Under the pieces are notes generated by a model. It was not told the DNA's origin, did not search any database, and saw nothing but the letters and a program-made list of their open reading frames with translations. Shown here piece after piece: positions 62,300 to 64,000 of a stretch of 64,000 nucleotides of DNA. Location: contig NC_086108.1 in the NCBI RefSeq assembly GCF_963921235.1, forward strand, positions 78,804,001-78,868,000, read 5' to 3'. The position numbers and the translations under genes were made by a program. Each line of letters begins with the position of its first letter. The stretch's first letter is position 1. The DNA is from Mobula hypostoma. Its lineage: Eukaryota.

Positions 62300-63742
62300 G
62301 GAGACAGTTGCTTGAAGGAGATAAGCAGATTCACTTGTGTTGTATTCTGATAATTAAAGGATGTGAGAAAGGAGAAAATAAATGGGCAAGGGTGAGAAGG
62401 GGGACAAAAATGGGAGGATTGGAGGATCAAGAGAAGAATAGTGGGGGAGGGGGAGTACAAGAGAGTGTGAATGGGATGAGAAGTTACCTAAAATTGGAGA
62501 ACTCAATATTTCACAAGCAGAATATAAAGTACTGCTTCACCAGTTTTATTTGGGCTTCAACTTGGGAGTAGAGACAGATCATCCTTTCAATTTGGGAATG
62601 GAGAGGGGAAATGAAATGGCCTACAACTGGGCACTTGGAATGACCACTGCAGAATGAGTGTTGGTATCCTGCAAAGCAGTCATTGGTCACCAAGTCTACA
62701 CCAAGAGGAGGCCTGATCAGGAGCAAAGTTGGAGAAGATGCTTTGAACCTTTATCTGACCTATAAGGGCTGTTTAGGTCCTTGGATGATTGTGAAGGAGA
62801 AAAATACTGTAGTCACATTTACTGCGAGGGAAGCTTCCTTAAATAGGATGCAGAAAGGTGGGTTTATTGTAAATCTCAGTGGATAGTTTGTATCCTGAGA
62901 TGGAGTCAATGAGATCAAGAGTGAGAGAAGCATCAGAAATAGTCCAAGTGAATTTGACAGCAGACTGGAAGCTCTGCAGAACATATCAATTTCATCACCT
63001 TCACCACCAACTTTCCCACAGCTACTTAAATTAGACCTCTTTCCTTCCTTCCTGTTTCTTGCAAGGATACCATTCCTTTTCTCCCAGATTTTCCAACTCT
63101 GCTTTCTGCTCCAGGGCATCGTTATTTTCAGAGAGTATGGCTTTCCTTCTTTAGGTTGATGGAGCCCAATCGCGTATCTCCGTTTCTCATAACTGTGCTC
63201 TCACCCACCACCTCCCAGACAGAACAGAGAGAGTTCCCTTTGTCTTTACCTTTCATCTCATGAGCCTCTGCATCCAGCTCATCATCCTTCTTCATTTCCA
63301 CCAGATCAACATGACCTCACCAGCAAACCCATTTTCCACAGGGACCACTCTCTCCATGATTCCACGATCCACTCGTCTCATCCCTCCCTTAGTCCTGGCA
63401 CTTTCGCTTGTAACAGATATAACACCTGCCCTTACATCGCATCCCTCACAACCATTCAGGCACCTAAATAGTCCTCCCAGTGAGACAACGGTTTACAAGC
63501 ATCGCCTCCAACCCTACATACTGCATTTGGTGCTCCTGATGTGGTCTTCTCAACAACATCAAGACCAAGTGCAGCCTAGGCAACCTATTTGCAGAACACC
63601 TACAGATCTCAGTCCACAATGATCATCCCAAGCTCCCAGTTGCAGACCAGCTCAATTCCCCTTCCCATTTCCACACTGGCCTGCCCATCCTTGGCCTCCT
63701 CTACTGCCAGGATGAAGCCCACTGCAAACCGGAGAAGCAACT
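62300..63742. mobile_element. Old Penelope-like fragments (about 62300-62830 minus; about 63100-63742 plus)
   Basis: Degenerate matches to 30053-30600 and 55200-55600. Confidence 0.65.
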
Positions 63743-64000
63743 TAGAATCAGGTTTATCATCACCGGCATGTGACGTGGAATACGTTAACTTAACAGCAGC
63801 AGTTCAATGCAATACATAACATAGAAGGGAAAAAAACAAAAGATATTAATAAATAAACAAGTAAATCGATTACGTATATTGAATAGATTTTAAAAACTGC
63901 AAAAACAGAAATACTGTATTTTTTTTAAAAAGTGAGGTAGTGTTCAAAGAGTCAACGTCTATTTAGGAATCGGATGGCGGAGGAGAAGAAGCTGTTCCTG
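63743..64000 (-). mobile_element. Rex1-type 3' end running off the window
   Basis: agaatcaggtttatcatcaccggcatg tail..ggagaagaagctgttcctg. Confidence 0.8.

Overview
Vertebrate genomic DNA, not prokaryotic. The repeat complement (CR1 with esterase ORF1, Rex1/Babar, HE1-like V-domain SINEs, Penelope-like elements, HERO, hAT, Tc1) points to a cartilaginous fish, probably a ray (inference). The window is mostly decayed, often nested transposon fragments separated by unique AT-rich DNA, consistent with a long intron. No intact cellular gene, rRNA, tRNA gene or CRISPR array is supported. Two possible minus-strand alternative first exons of an unidentified host gene lie at about 42.4-43.0 kb and 22.55-22.86 kb. 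The most interesting signals are: (i) many Penelope-derived elements carrying minimal hammerhead ribozyme motifs, often as asymmetric hairpins; (ii) a non-autonomous hAT-like family with 6-bp target-site duplications (TSDs) and a spliced zinc-finger exon, in three rearranged copies; (iii) Charlie3/MER1-like hAT deletion derivatives; (iv) a possible HDV-like ribozyme relic in an RTE-derived element; (v) an internally deleted CR1 inside one TSD; (vi) a CpG-rich tRNA-SINE, a solo LTR, a HERO endonuclease fragment and a degenerate 17/18-bp alternating array. Family names come from recognition of motifs, not database searches. Boundaries without a TSD are approximate.
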